A stretch of DNA of 64,000 nt from an uncultured Methanosarcinales archaeon (GCA_964556395.1 CAZKVR010000001.1:106996-170995), one strand, 5' to 3'. Numbered from the stretch's first letter, positions 1 through 9,641 are shown. Notes: generated from the sequence alone by a model not told the origin. A program made the numbers and translations.

Positions 1-768
1 GGAGGCCTGGACGAGCAGGTCCAAGAGGTCAAGGAAGTCATCGAACTGCCTTTGAAGAAGCCCGACCTGTTCAGGAAGATCGGCATCAACCCGCCGAAAG
101 GCGTCTTGCTGCACGGGCCTCCGGGGACGGGCAAGACGTTATTGGCGAAGGCCGTGGCCGCGAGCACGAACTCCACGTTCATCGAGATCGTCGGCTCCGA
201 GCTGGTGCAGAAGTTCATCGGCGAAGGCGCGAAGCTGGTCAAGGACATCTTCAAGATGGCGAAGGAGAAGGCGCCCGCCATCATCTTCATCGACGAGCTG
301 GACGCGCTCGCCGCCAAGAGGGTGGACATGGGCACCTCCGGTGAAAGAGAGGTGCAGCGGACGTTCATGCAGTTCCTCGCCGAGATCGACGGGTTCAAGA
401 GCCTGTCTGATGTCAAGGTGATCGGGTGCACGAACCGCAAGGACATCCTCGACCCCGCCATCATCAGGCCTGGACGGCTGGACCGGCTCATCGAAGTGCC
501 GGCGCCGACCCGCGAGGGGTTGGAGCAGATCTTCGACATCCACACCCGCAACATGGAGCTCGCCAAGGACGTTGACCGTGACAAGCTGATGCGGCAGATG
601 GAGGGTTTCTCAGGCGCGGAGGTCAAGGCGGCCGTGACCGAGGCTGGTTATTTCGCCATCCGTAAGGACCGGACGAGGATCAACCAGAAGGACCTGTCCT
701 CGGCTATCGAGAAGGTGCGTCGCTCCGAGGAGGAGCACCCAGGCGAGTATTCCTCCATGTTCGGATAG
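1..768 (+). CDS. pan: Proteasome-activating nucleotidase (AAA+ ATPase), 5'-truncated by the window edge
   Basis: Open frame from base 1 ([18 protein letters not shown]); Walker A GPPGTGKT, Walker [31 protein letters not shown]-terminal MFG (HbYX-like). Confidence 0.93.
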   Translation, partial: GGLDEQVQEVKEVIELPLKKPDLFRKIGINPPKGVLLHGPPGTGKTLLAKAVAASTNSTFIEIVGSELVQKFIGEGAKLVKDIFKMAKEKAPAIIFIDELDALAAKRVDMGTSGEREVQRTFMQFLAEIDGFKSLSDVKVIGCTNRKDILDPAIIRPGRLDRLIEVPAPTREGLEQIFDIHTRNMELAKDVDRDKLMRQMEGFSGAEVKAAVTEAGYFAIRKDRTRINQKDLSSAIEKVRRSEEEHPGEYSSMFG

Positions 769-769
769 G

Positions 770-1606
770 TTATTTTTCCAGTTCTTCTTTCGCTTCCACG
801 TAGGCCTTGTCGATGGACTCCTTGATGGCGGTCTTGGCAGGCCTGACGAGGGGTTTCGCCAGTGGCTTGAGGCGTTTGATGTGCGGGTGTTTCTTGAGTT
901 CTTCCTCGAAGGATGGGAAGAAGTATCTCCGGTGCATGACTGAGACTGCTTGGACGAAGACCTGAGATTTCTTCGGGTCGTCGGGGTCGATGTAGTCAAG
1001 AGAACCGGTGGTTTGGACGATGATGACCTCATCGTACTTTTCAGGGTCTATGAGGTCGAGGGCTATCGGGTTGAGTAGCCCTCCGTCTGCGAGGAGGAGC
1101 TTGCCTTCTTTTTTGGGTTGGAAGATGAAGGGTATGGCGATGCTGGCTCCGACGGCGTCGGTGATGCGGTTGTGTTTTCTTATGGTCTTGTCGGTTCCTT
1201 TCTCTTTGAGGCCTTCCTTGCTGTAGACGTACTCCTTGCCTGTGAGGAGGTCAACGGCGTTTATGAGGAGTTCCGTTTCCGTGTCCTGGAAGGTCTTGTC
1301 CTTGATGTAGGTGGAGAGGATGTTGTGGATGCCTTTGCCTTTGATGAGGCCTGGTCCTGTGAGGGAGACGTCGTTGATGGAGAACGGTATGAATCGTCGT
1401 GATTCTATGAGGTCTATGGCTTGTCGGGCTTTGATGCCGGTGGCGAGGAGGCTTGCTGTTATCGATCCTACAGAGGTTCCGACGACTGTTTCTAGTTTCA
1501 GGTCTTGTTGTTCGAGGTGTTCTTCGATGGCTTTCAAAACTCCAATTTGTGCTAATCCTTTGAGTCCTCCTCCTGAGAACACGACGGCGGCTGTCTTCTT
1601 GGGCAT
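770..1606 (-). CDS. Patatin-like phospholipase
   Basis: SGGGLKG glycine loop, GTSVG nucleophile elbow, DGG motif. Confidence 0.92.
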   Translation of the reverse strand: MPKKTAAVVFSGGGLKGLAQIGVLKAIEEHLEQQDLKLETVVGTSVGSITASLLATGIKARQAIDLIESRRFIPFSINDVSLTGPGLIKGKGIHNILSTYIKDKTFQDTETELLINAVDLLTGKEYVYSKEGLKEKGTDKTIRKHNRITDAVGASIAIPFIFQPKKEGKLLLADGGLLNPIALDLIDPEKYDEVIIVQTTGSLDYIDPDDPKKSQVFVQAVSVMHRRYFFPSFEEELKKHPHIKRLKPLAKPLVRPAKTAIKESIDKAYVEAKEELEK

Positions 1607-1652
1607 TGTTTCTGAGTGGTAGAAGAGGTTTTTAAGGGTTTGGGAGAGGGAG

Positions 1653-1713
1653 TCCCTCGATAGTTACTCCAATCATCATTTGGTGTCAGTTGGTGTTCAC
1701 TATCTCATTGGGA
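1653..1713 (-). ncRNA. Candidate small RNA with a K-loop (L7Ae-binding, C/D- or H/ACA-like)
   Basis: Minus strand GATAGT..CCAA-CTGA-CACCAA-ATGATGA-TTGG..ACTATC: box D'/C'-like motifs closed by a stem; TATA-like CCTATAAA about 25 nt upstream (1735-1743); no ORF. Confidence 0.33.
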
Positions 1714-1778
1714 GATGGGTGGTAAGCGGTCAGGGTTTATAGGAGTATTTATTAACTATATAGAAAATAAATTGTGTT

Positions 1779-1808
1779 AAAAAAAAAGGGTTCAAAAAAG
1801 AACCCTTT
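1779..1808 (-). terminator. Intrinsic-type terminator at the 3' end of array 1
   Basis: AAAGGGTTC/GAACCCTTT inverted repeat followed by a T-tract on the minus strand. Confidence 0.75.
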
Positions 1809-1821
1809 GATGAGAAAAAGA

Positions 1822-2412
1822 CTAAGAGCCTAAGCTGTCACGAAGCTCCTCGACCCAGCGTTTTCGCGCCTCGCAATCCTGAACTTCCGCGCGCCACTAT
1901 TCCCGATGATACTCTATCTTTCTCGCCAGGTCATCCAACTCCATATAAAGAGCCCTCTCAGCAGATAATTTCTCAGGCTTGCTCTTCTCAAGACTTGCGA
2001 AATCACAATTTCCGATGGACTCTTTAAGCTGACGTATCATGTATTCTTTTACACCAACATGCTGTGGTGTGGGAGGAACCCAATCCTCGACTTTACCAAG
2101 CATGTCTTCATACTTCTTCTTGAGAACGCGCATCTCCTTCTCGCGACGTTCATAGTATTCGACCGCGTCATGATACGCCTTGTCATACTTCTCACCGCAA
2201 ACCCGTAACGCCTCCGCTACAGAGAGTCGAGAGAGTTCATCATATTCCTCTTTGGCCTCCTCCAAGCATTTCTCATGATGATCGGAAGGCACAAAGGATT
2301 GTTCGGAATCGAAAGATATGCCTCCCGTAAAAGGAGCGGCAATAGGAGCGCACCTCTTGACAAAATCCTCGAAAGACATTTCAGCAATTACAGAATCTAG
2401 ATTTGATGACAT
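1822..2412 (-). pseudogene. Phage-type hypothetical protein interrupted by an in-frame TAG at 1897-1899 (uninterrupted part 1897..2412)
   Basis: After YHRE* the frame continues WRAEVQDCEARKRWVEELRDSLGS* and ends just before the terminator; WVPPTPQH..KEYMIRQLKESI recalls a widespread phage protein family. Confidence 0.5.
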
Positions 2413-2450
2413 AATAAAAAAGTTTTGAGATTAAAAAAAAAATGTGTTAA

Positions 2451-2478
2451 AAGAAAAAAGCGCTCGCAAGAGGAGCGC
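2451..2478 (-). terminator. GCGCTC-N7-GAGCGC hairpin plus U-tract (copy 1 of a repeated spacer element)
   Basis: Directly follows the stop of 2485..3078. Confidence 0.65.
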
Positions 2479-2484
2479 GTTATT

Positions 2485-3078
2485 TCAGTCGCAGAAAGCG
2501 GCCGGGTCACCGTTCCGCAGGGCTTCCTCCCATGATTCCTGGCTGCTATGCACGTCTTCCCTATGGGATCTCATATCTTTCACCATCCGCTCTTGCCGCC
2601 GTTGGAAGGAATCGTATTCCTCTGCAGCCTCCTCGTATAATTCGCGGAATTTCCCTTCGTAGAAAGCCATGATTCCCTGATTCCTGGGATCCCTCTGGTG
2701 GTGGACGCTTTCTTCGATGAGGGCTTGTTCGACATGAGAGTTTATCATACGGGCTTGGTTCGCCCACTCCTCACCGTCAGCTCCTGCGCAGAGGTTGCTC
2801 TGAAGAGGCGGCCTCGTCCAGCAAAGCCTGAAGAGTTCCGCTTCACGACGGCCCTGCAAGCAGCACGCCGCCAAGACAAGGTAGTAGAGGATCGTCGAGA
2901 TATGAGGGTGTTCAAAACCACACCATACAGGGCCTCTCATCTCCCACGTCTTGTCGAAGATGTCCTTGATGGCGGTTTCGGACTCGGAGACATACCCTGC
3001 CAGCTGTTTCGCATAGTCATGCTCGCAGAACTGATCCAGGGGAATCTCAGTGACTAAAATATTATTATCATGTGCCAT
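2485..3078 (-). CDS. Hypothetical protein
   Basis: 197 aa ORF with A-rich leader, followed by a hairpin. Confidence 0.7.
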   Translation of the reverse strand: MAHDNNILVTEIPLDQFCEHDYAKQLAGYVSESETAIKDIFDKTWEMRGPVWCGFEHPHISTILYYLVLAACCLQGRREAELFRLCWTRPPLQSNLCAGADGEEWANQARMINSHVEQALIEESVHHQRDPRNQGIMAFYEGKFRELYEEAAEEYDSFQRRQERMVKDMRSHREDVHSSQESWEEALRNGDPAAFCD

Positions 3079-3111
3079 AAGCTATTTTTTAAGTGTTAAA
3101 AAATATTATAG

Positions 3112-3138
3112 AAAAGAAGCGCTCGCAAACAGGAGCAC
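3112..3138 (-). terminator. CGCTC/GAGC hairpin plus U-tract (copy 2)
   Basis: AAGCGCTCGCAA..AGGAGC is near-identical to 2458-2476. Confidence 0.6.
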
Positions 3139-3162
3139 CTCTAGAAAAATAAGAGGACCTTA

Positions 3163-3699
3163 TCAGAGCTTCACCAGCAGCCGTTTCCCTTTGGCGAAAG
3201 GGATGGAGTGTATGTCCTCATGCTTCTCCTCACCTTCCAAGTAGGAGTAGGCCAACTCAACCTTCTCAGGGTCTATCCAGAAGAATGATTCAGTCCGTGT
3301 CTTCTGGTAGTTGTCAGGGTGCAAGACAAGCAGGCCACCATCTGCTCTTTCATCTGACTCTCCGAAGAAATAGAATCCAAAATCAAAGTGAGCGAGCACC
3401 AACGAGCAGAAAGGCAACCTAAAACCTCCAGCAGGATTGGTTTTTAGGATATCCTCCACTACAGGCATGCAAGGCGTATCCTCTGACAACCGGGTGGAGC
3501 CGCTCTCGCCGGAATCGAAAGGATCCGTAATCGCCATATCATACAATCGAGTCTTCTTATAAGGCCCATAATAGTCATAGCCCACGCACTCGGCGCGGTA
3601 GGACTCATAAAATCCTTCGTCGCGCTCGACGATGATTATCAGCTCTCTCCCTTCATGGAAGAGATCCTTCAATTGCTGTGCTTTTATCGATATAACCAT
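3163..3699 (-). CDS. Hypothetical protein
   Basis: 178 aa ORF, AT-rich leader. Confidence 0.7.
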   Translation of the reverse strand: MVISIKAQQLKDLFHEGRELIIIVERDEGFYESYRAECVGYDYYGPYKKTRLYDMAITDPFDSGESGSTRLSEDTPCMPVVEDILKTNPAGGFRLPFCSLVLAHFDFGFYFFGESDERADGGLLVLHPDNYQKTRTESFFWIDPEKVELAYSYLEGEEKHEDIHSIPFAKGKRLLVKL

Positions 3700-3745
3700 A
3701 ATTAATGAAATTTAAAGTTAAAAAAATGTGTTCTCACGAAGACAA

Positions 3746-3770
3746 GAAACGCTCATAAATGGAGCGTTTC
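3746..3770 (-). terminator. GAAACGCTC-N7-GAGCGTTTC hairpin (copy 3)
   Basis: Perfect 9-bp stem with the same CGCTC/GAGCG core. Confidence 0.6.
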
Positions 3771-3872
3771 GTCAGGGTTTATCCCTTCCTTTTCGGGAAG
3801 AGTTTGTTTACGACGTGGTCCCGGAGCTGTATGTTTCTCGCGCTTGCCAGGTCGTTGGGGGCTTCGAGTTCT

Positions 3873-4274
3873 TTAGCCGGTGTCTCCTTCCTCCGAGTTC
3901 TCTTCCCGTAGTGCAGAGACGTACGTCCAGTACTCTTCGAGCGTCAGTTCATGGAGCAGCGCTTTCTCGAAGTAGCAGGCGCAGGCGTTCAGGTCTCCGA
4001 AGAACGACCTGAACACGGGCTCTTCAAAGCAGGCCTCATAATAGGCTAACCCTAAGTTTGGGCCGTAGTACATGGTCTCGCCATGGTCTGACACGGCCTT
4101 GTGCGCGAACGTTATCTTCCATTGCTCGGAAGCGTTACAGAAGATGCTGAGTTGTTCTCGCAAATCATCCTTTGTCCGGCAGTCGTGCGCGAACAAGGTC
4201 GAGAAGCAGGTGAAGAGGTGCCGGTCCTTCATCTCAGACAGGCACTGCGCTTGTGTCAATGAGTGATGTTGCAT
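3873..4274 (-). CDS. Hypothetical protein (possible 3' frameshift)
   Basis: 133 aa ORF; another frame stays open to ~3778, next to the hairpin. Confidence 0.55.
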   Translation of the reverse strand: MQHHSLTQAQCLSEMKDRHLFTCFSTLFAHDCRTKDDLREQLSIFCNASEQWKITFAHKAVSDHGETMYYGPNLGLAYYEACFEEPVFRSFFGDLNACACYFEKALLHELTLEEYWTYVSALREENSEEGDTG

Positions 4275-4335
4275 AAAAAAAGATGGTGTTTTAAGGTTTT
4301 CAGAAAGCTTTTGACAAGTTCATGTATGTCATCCA

Positions 4336-4467
4336 TTATTGAATTTTAAGGATAAGTATTGTCAATACCGCCGCCATCCCTGCGAGGTAGAGGAGCGGAA
4401 AGTGTTCCAGCCACAATTCCTGGAATGGTTCTGACTTCTTCAGGATTATCTGGATGTATCGTTTCAT
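4336..4467 (-). CDS. Small single-pass membrane protein (43 aa, not in ORF track)
   Basis: Hand translation MKRYIQIILKKSEPFQELWLEHFPLLYLAGMAAVLTILILKIQ*. Confidence 0.45.
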   Translation of the reverse strand: MKRYIQIILKKSEPFQELWLEHFPLLYLAGMAAVLTILILKIQ

Positions 4468-4633
4468 AATAAGAACATTTTTAGGGATTCATGAAAGAAT
4501 CCTGATAATTTGGGAATCTGATTTATCGGAGGAGAGGCGCCGCGTCCGCAGCGCTTCCCTTGAGAGTTGGTTCGGTCTTCACGTCTCTGTACAAGACTCG
4601 TTTTTTAGTTGTTTCACAATTTTTTTCAGATAT

Positions 4634-4885
4634 CTACGCGTGTGAACGTTCTACCGCGTGTTCTTGCTGAGGAACCAATTCTTTCCTGATACGCCGCAGC
4701 GCTTCCTTCTTGGTATCGATGGGGATTCCTTTGTCCTTGAGCAGACCTGCAACGGCGATTAGCTTGATGGTCACGCTTCCCGGACCCGCCATCTTCTCTT
4801 CCACTTCATCAGTGAGGCGGATGTCTTTTCCGGTTACGTCTTTTATGGTCTCTTCGATGTGTCGGGAGAAGTTTTTTTCTTTCAT
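4634..4885 (-). CDS. Hypothetical protein
   Basis: 83 aa ORF, A-rich leader. Confidence 0.6.
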   Translation of the reverse strand: MKEKNFSRHIEETIKDVTGKDIRLTDEVEEKMAGPGSVTIKLIAVAGLLKDKGIPIDTKKEALRRIRKELVPQQEHAVERSHA

Positions 4886-4915
4886 AATAATATTATTTTT
4901 TATGGTTAGAAGTGA

Positions 4916-4950
4916 AGAGGAAAAAGGGTTCCGATGAACCTTTTTCCTCT
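4916..4950 (-). terminator. Long hairpin between genes
   Basis: AGAGGAAAAAGGGTTC-CGAT-GAACCTTTTTCCTCT. Confidence 0.6.
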
Positions 4951-4980
4951 CTTAAGTTTTTATGATCTCTGCGCCTCCTG

Positions 4981-5655
4981 TTACCGATGATTTCTCCTGT
5001 TATCGATGATTTCGAAAGCCTGCAGGACACCTTTTTCGCACAACATGATGTTCTGACCCCAAGGACCCTTGCAGATATAGTGTTGTTCTTCATCCCGCTC
5101 GTTGGTTCCGATGAGGTATATCCTCGGCAGCCTTTCGAATAACGTGTCCTGGATGTCTTTATATGCCTTCAAGGACTCCTCATCACCTCTTGATAGGAGG
5201 TGTCTTATCATCTCGAGGCCGGCACTGACGGCATCGTCTATCCTGATGAAGATGTATCTGACGTCATCCATGTTCGTGGTGTATTCCTCGAAAACCCGTA
5301 ACGCTTGTTTTCCACCTCCTCTGAGGATGATTACGATGGGTTCCGTCCTGTCAGTGCCTTCTACAGGAAAATGGTTTTCGGCGTCCATCACTTTAAGTGA
5401 TAGTCTGAGTGCGTCCTCCGCGTTCATACTCCTGAAACACTTGTCAAGCTTTCCTTTCCGTAGCTTCTGCTTCTGCCTCCACGTGAGGGGAATATCCGAA
5501 ACGTCAGGAGTTAAAAGAACCTTGTCCAAGCATGGGGACACAGCATCGAGTCGCTTTTTAGTCTTGACGATTCTGACTGAGCCTGTGCGGCCCCTTCCAC
5601 GGTCGACGTGCCAGTCCGGCCGCTTATTCTTGTGGAAAAACATTTTTTTGCTCAT
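4981..5655 (-). CDS. Hypothetical protein
   Basis: 224 aa ORF. Confidence 0.7.
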   Translation of the reverse strand: MSKKMFFHKNKRPDWHVDRGRGRTGSVRIVKTKKRLDAVSPCLDKVLLTPDVSDIPLTWRQKQKLRKGKLDKCFRSMNAEDALRLSLKVMDAENHFPVEGTDRTEPIVIILRGGGKQALRVFEEYTTNMDDVRYIFIRIDDAVSAGLEMIRHLLSRGDEESLKAYKDIQDTLFERLPRIYLIGTNERDEEQHYICKGPWGQNIMLCEKGVLQAFEIIDNRRNHR

Positions 5656-5680
5656 TCCTTAACGGTTTTTTATTTTTTGA

Positions 5681-6133
5681 TTAATACTGAAATTTTTCGT
5701 GATATCTCAAGGACTCAACATCCTTGATGAGACGAGTTCCTACGATGTCTTGCAAAATACTTAGCAGCCAACCCTCGAGGGTCGCCGGTACGATGCCTTT
5801 GGGCAAGCGTTCGTTTCTCAGACATAACACATCGTCTCATAACGACCTTCGATATTCCTCCTCGAAGGCTTTGACCGCCTCTAAAGAGTCGGTGAACTCA
5901 TGGTCTCCATTACAGCTTCCGACGACGAACTCTTCAGGACCATTTATGGTGAGTGAGAGTTCGACATCGCCGTACTCGTTGTGGACACCGACCATCAAGG
6001 GATAGTCTTCTCTCTCTGGTTGCCCGTTGCTCCAGACGACCCTATGGTCCTTTTCCAGTTCTTCTAAGAACTGGATGATAGTGTTGACCGCGACCAGTGA
6101 TCGGTATAGCTTTTCATCAGTGTTATCATTCAT
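5681..6133 (-). pseudogene. Hypothetical protein with an in-frame TGA at 5837-5839 (uninterrupted part 5837..6133)
   Basis: After EEEYRRSL* the frame stays open for 51 codons (DDVLCLRNERLPKG...HEKFQY*), filling the gap to the next gene. Confidence 0.45.
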
Positions 6134-6218
6134 ATCGATTTGTTTTTTTGTTTGAAAAAAAAGTGCAGGCGCTTTCCCCCAATATCCTCTGAAAAACGCC
6201 AAGAGAAGGCTCCCCACC

Positions 6219-7223
6219 CTAGAAGAGCATCGTCCCTAGGATGAAGAGGCACCACACGACGGCTGCGTAGAAGACTAACAGCGTAGCCAGTGGCGTGAAC
6301 AACACGTGCTTGTCAGGCTTGACGAAAGGGTATTGCGAGTATCGCCTCCTTTCCAAGGGCCTCAAGGTCTTGACGACCATCATGCCTCCGATGACGAGGG
6401 GTAGCAAGGACATCGAGAAGAGCATGTCATCACCGGCGCGGTAGAAAAGCATCCCTGCGGTGGAGACCGCTGTCAAGAACATCGTGAGAAGAACAACAAC
6501 CCATAAGGGAAGCCTCCTGAAAAGCACTGTTCGGATGCTGTTTGAACGCCCGAAAGAGTGTTCCCAACAGTTCGTCCTCCAGAGGAGGAAATCCTTAGCT
6601 ATCGTCTCCAGGACCTCATAGAGGTCTTCAGCGCTTTCGGTCGTGAAAGCCCAGTCACCTTCGACCTTCCCGTTGGCGTATCTCTGTATCGGGAATCGTG
6701 AGGGGGCCTTGTAACGCATGGAGAAGACTCCTTGCGAGTAATGCATCAGGATATTGAATCCTTGTATAGTCGAGATTGAGAACCAGTGTCCTGTCTGCTT
6801 CGGGACTGCCTTGTGAACCCCTCCTGCGAGTTTGAAACCTCCTTTAATCTTAAGCATGTCTTTGGCTCTTTCCGGAAGGTTGTATATCTCTAGGAATTGT
6901 CGGAAGAACACCGTTATCTTTTCAGGATTCTCCGAAGAGTACATTTTCTCGTCATCCTCGACGCCTTCCGCGCGGAGGAACGATTCCAATGGGAATGTGT
7001 CAGGCCACTTTTCGAAGAATACGTGGTACTCGCCGTAATCATACCCTGCTATAAGGGAGAATCCTCCTTCCAACATTATCCGGCGCCACTTGCGCTTGCT
7101 CCTGTCAAAGGGATTTGGGACTTTTTCTATCCCTATAATGGATATCCTTCCTTCCAAACCGTCGTTGATGGCTTGTTTGATGGTCTGATTTCTGGTTTTT
7201 TCTCTTTCTTCTTTCTTTGTCAT
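6219..7223 (-). CDS. Membrane protein with three C-terminal TM helices
   Basis: 334 aa; hydrophobic C-terminal segments. Confidence 0.75.
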   Translation of the reverse strand: MTKKEEREKTRNQTIKQAINDGLEGRISIIGIEKVPNPFDRSKRKWRRIMLEGGFSLIAGYDYGEYHVFFEKWPDTFPLESFLRAEGVEDDEKMYSSENPEKITVFFRQFLEIYNLPERAKDMLKIKGGFKLAGGVHKAVPKQTGHWFSISTIQGFNILMHYSQGVFSMRYKAPSRFPIQRYANGKVEGDWAFTTESAEDLYEVLETIAKDFLLWRTNCWEHSFGRSNSIRTVLFRRLPLWVVVLLTMFLTAVSTAGMLFYRAGDDMLFSMSLLPLVIGGMMVVKTLRPLERRRYSQYPFVKPDKHVLFTPLATLLVFYAAVVWCLFILGTMLF

Positions 7224-7240
7224 AATAAATTTTTTATTGT

Positions 7241-7990
7241 TTATGTATTAATGAGACTCTTTCGTCTACGGATGAGGATGAAGAAATATTTCAGGGCTTC
7301 TCTCCAATCCTCGTAGTGCATCCACGACTCTTCACTTTCGTCTGGGCCCTTGTCTTTCTCATCGTAGATGGAACAGATCTCATCGTGGATGGAGCAGTAG
7401 TGCGGGTGCATCCTGAACGTGGTCTCGTAGCGTCTTTCATCATAGATGTAGGCTTTCTGCGCCTTCAACAACACCATATTCAGAGGGTCTGCCACGGTCA
7501 TTCTCGTGTTCTCGTCAGCTAATTGCGCCAGAATCCTCGACCCACTCCTTATCTCTGGCGGGATGTGATGGTATGCGATCTCCACGTCCGTCCATGTGTA
7601 AGGCTTGTACAAGTATGGGTAGTAGAGATTGAACCCGTACTTGCGGACTGAACACCCAACCCGATGGGTGAAGCTCCTCAAGGCTTTGCGCGGATCCTTG
7701 AAGCTTTCTTTGAAGGGGAGTCCGATGCTCGAATCTTTGTCCGTAGCAGAACAAACCTCTATAGAGCTCTCGAACATGGTCAAGGAAGCCACCCTATGCG
7801 GGATTCCGCTGCAGGCGGAGTGGAGTGCCGCCCTGAGCAGCACACCCCACTTTCCAGTTCCTTTCCATTTCTTCAGCCATTCTGGCTGGACTTCATCCAT
7901 GTAGGACCAGACGTTGATACGCGGATCGTCCATGAGTGCTGCTCTGAAGAGCAACACGTCCTTGTCTTTGAATCTTTTTCTTTTGAACAT
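7241..7990 (-). CDS. Hypothetical protein
   Basis: Likely start MFKRKRF after an A-rich spacer following thyA. Confidence 0.7.
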   Translation of the reverse strand: MFKRKRFKDKDVLLFRAALMDDPRINVWSYMDEVQPEWLKKWKGTGKWGVLLRAALHSACSGIPHRVASLTMFESSIEVCSATDKDSSIGLPFKESFKDPRKALRSFTHRVGCSVRKYGFNLYYPYLYKPYTWTDVEIAYHHIPPEIRSGSRILAQLADENTRMTVADPLNMVLLKAQKAYIYDERRYETTFRMHPHYCSIHDEICSIYDEKDKGPDESEESWMHYEDWREALKYFFILIRRRKSLINT

Positions 7991-8009
7991 AATAATAATT
8001 TTATTGTTT

Positions 8010-8804
8010 TTATACTGAGATTTTCCCTTTGATATGAGGATGGGGGTCATACCCTTCCAGTTGGAAATCCTCATAATCGAATGAGAAAATATCTTTCTTC
8101 TCAGGGTTTATCCTCATCGTCGGCAGGGGCCTAGGCTCTCGTGAGAGCTGCAGTTCCACCTGCTTGAGATGGTTGAGGTAGATGTGGTAGTCTCCGAAGG
8201 TGTGTATGAACTCTCCAGCTTCCAGTCCGGTCACCTGTGCCATCATCATCGTCAGCAACGCGTAGCTCGCGATGTTGAAAGGGACCCCTAAAAAGAGGTC
8301 GGCGCTTCGCTGGTACAATTGACAGCTCAGCTTTCCTTCGTTGACGTAGAACTGGAACAAGACGTGGCAGGGAGGCAATCCCATCTTGTCGATGTCCGCG
8401 ACGTTCCACGCCGAGACGATGTGCCTCCTGCTCTTAGGATTATTCTTGATGGAATCTACCACTTCTGCTATCTGGTCTATGTGGCCGCCGTCCGGTTTCA
8501 GCCAGCTGCGCCACTGGTAGCCGTACACAGGTCCTAGGTTTCCGTCTTCGTCGGCCCACTCGTTCCAGATACTGACCCCTCTTTCCTGGAGCCATTTGAC
8601 GTTGCGACTCCCTTTGAGGAACCAGAGCAACTCGTAGATGATGCTCTTCAGGTGTATCTTTTTCGTCGTCACCAATGGGAAACCTTCGCTTAGGTCGAAG
8701 CGTTTCTGAGATCCGAATTTGGAGATGGTCCCGGTTCCGGTACGGTCTTCCTTGAATTTGTTTTCATCAAGGACTTCTTGTAATAGTTCTAGATATTGTC
8801 TCAT
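8010..8804 (-). CDS. thyA: Thymidylate synthase ThyA, bacterial type (264 aa)
   Basis: [32 protein letters not shown], catalytic [23 protein letters not shown]. Confidence 0.97.
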   Translation of the reverse strand: MRQYLELLQEVLDENKFKEDRTGTGTISKFGSQKRFDLSEGFPLVTTKKIHLKSIIYELLWFLKGSRNVKWLQERGVSIWNEWADEDGNLGPVYGYQWRSWLKPDGGHIDQIAEVVDSIKNNPKSRRHIVSAWNVADIDKMGLPPCHVLFQFYVNEGKLSCQLYQRSADLFLGVPFNIASYALLTMMMAQVTGLEAGEFIHTFGDYHIYLNHLKQVELQLSREPRPLPTMRINPEKKDIFSFDYEDFQLEGYDPHPHIKGKISV

Positions 8805-8842
8805 GGTAGTCTTATTTTTTTTCTACAACAGTTTTCAATCCC

Positions 8843-9043
8843 TCAGGACAATCCTAAGATGATCAGGAAGAGTAACAGCAGTACCGCTATTAAGAGCAAT
8901 CTCTTCGGTGCGAAAAGCCAAGCCAAGACTTGGATGAAGGAAGCTATGATGTACGCACCTACTAGGAGGATGAATTTTCCGAATGCGAGTAATATCATCA
9001 GGAAAAGTATTCCTATGATGATGTAAGGCACTATATGCTCCAT
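8843..9043 (-). CDS. Small hydrophobic membrane protein
   Basis: Start MEHIVPY; almost entirely hydrophobic. Confidence 0.6.
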   Translation of the reverse strand: MEHIVPYIIIGILFLMILLAFGKFILLVGAYIIASFIQVLAWLFAPKRLLLIAVLLLLFLIILGLS

Positions 9044-9065
9044 AGTATCTATTTTTATGGTTATG

Positions 9066-9102
9066 AAAAAAAAAGAAGAAGGAACGGCCAACGGCCGTCC
9101 TT
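9066..9102 (-). terminator. Intrinsic-type terminator
   Basis: AAGG-ACGGCC/GGCCGT-CCTT stem followed by a long T-tract on the minus strand. Confidence 0.7.
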
Positions 9103-9106
9103 GCTC

Positions 9107-9628
9107 TCAGAATATGTCCGGGAAGCCGAGGCGATGGCTCTTGAAGCTCTTGAGAGTCTTCTCGAACCGGTGCCGGTCCTCTCGGGTATCCTCGTAAGGT
9201 TCCCTGAGGATGTCCTTCGAGGATTCCATCTTTTCAAGGAACCTTTCGGCCTCCCTGGAAAGTTCGTTCCGTTGTATTCGGAACTCACCTCGGGTCATGC
9301 CGTCCAGTTCCCTCGCGAAGCGCGTGGCTTCCTGTCCTAGCGACTGGTACGCAGCCTGGATGTCGTAGAATCGTCTTATCCTGACAGGATTCTCGTTGTT
9401 CCAGGGGGAGTAGTGTTCGCAGACGTGCTGCTCGTACTCCAAAGCAACAGTCCGGTAGTGGCTGAAGGCGGCATGAGCGTCTTTCACGACTCGTTCCGTC
9501 TTCTCAGTCATCATCGCCCGTTTCTCCTCGCTCAATGGCAATCGTGGAAAGACCAATATGAGAGTGGAGATGAATACGACAATCGCGACAATCACGACGC
9601 CAAGTATTATTGAAGTTGTTCTCTTCAT
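9107..9628 (-). CDS. N-terminally anchored helical protein
   Basis: N-terminal TM segment, helical body. Confidence 0.7.
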   Translation of the reverse strand: MKRTTSIILGVVIVAIVVFISTLILVFPRLPLSEEKRAMMTEKTERVVKDAHAAFSHYRTVALEYEQHVCEHYSPWNNENPVRIRRFYDIQAAYQSLGQEATRFARELDGMTRGEFRIQRNELSREAERFLEKMESSKDILREPYEDTREDRHRFEKTLKSFKSHRLGFPDIF

Positions 9629-9641
9629 AAGGATATTGTTT

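Noticed and set aside
2431..3770. Classical integron attC sites or a CRISPR array
   Set aside because: The hairpins are short and lack attC R-box ends, no intI or cas genes are present, and the spacing is gene-sized.
1822..6221. Alternative genetic code in the array
   Set aside because: The two internal stops differ (TAG and TGA), and both codons appear to serve as normal terminators elsewhere in the array.
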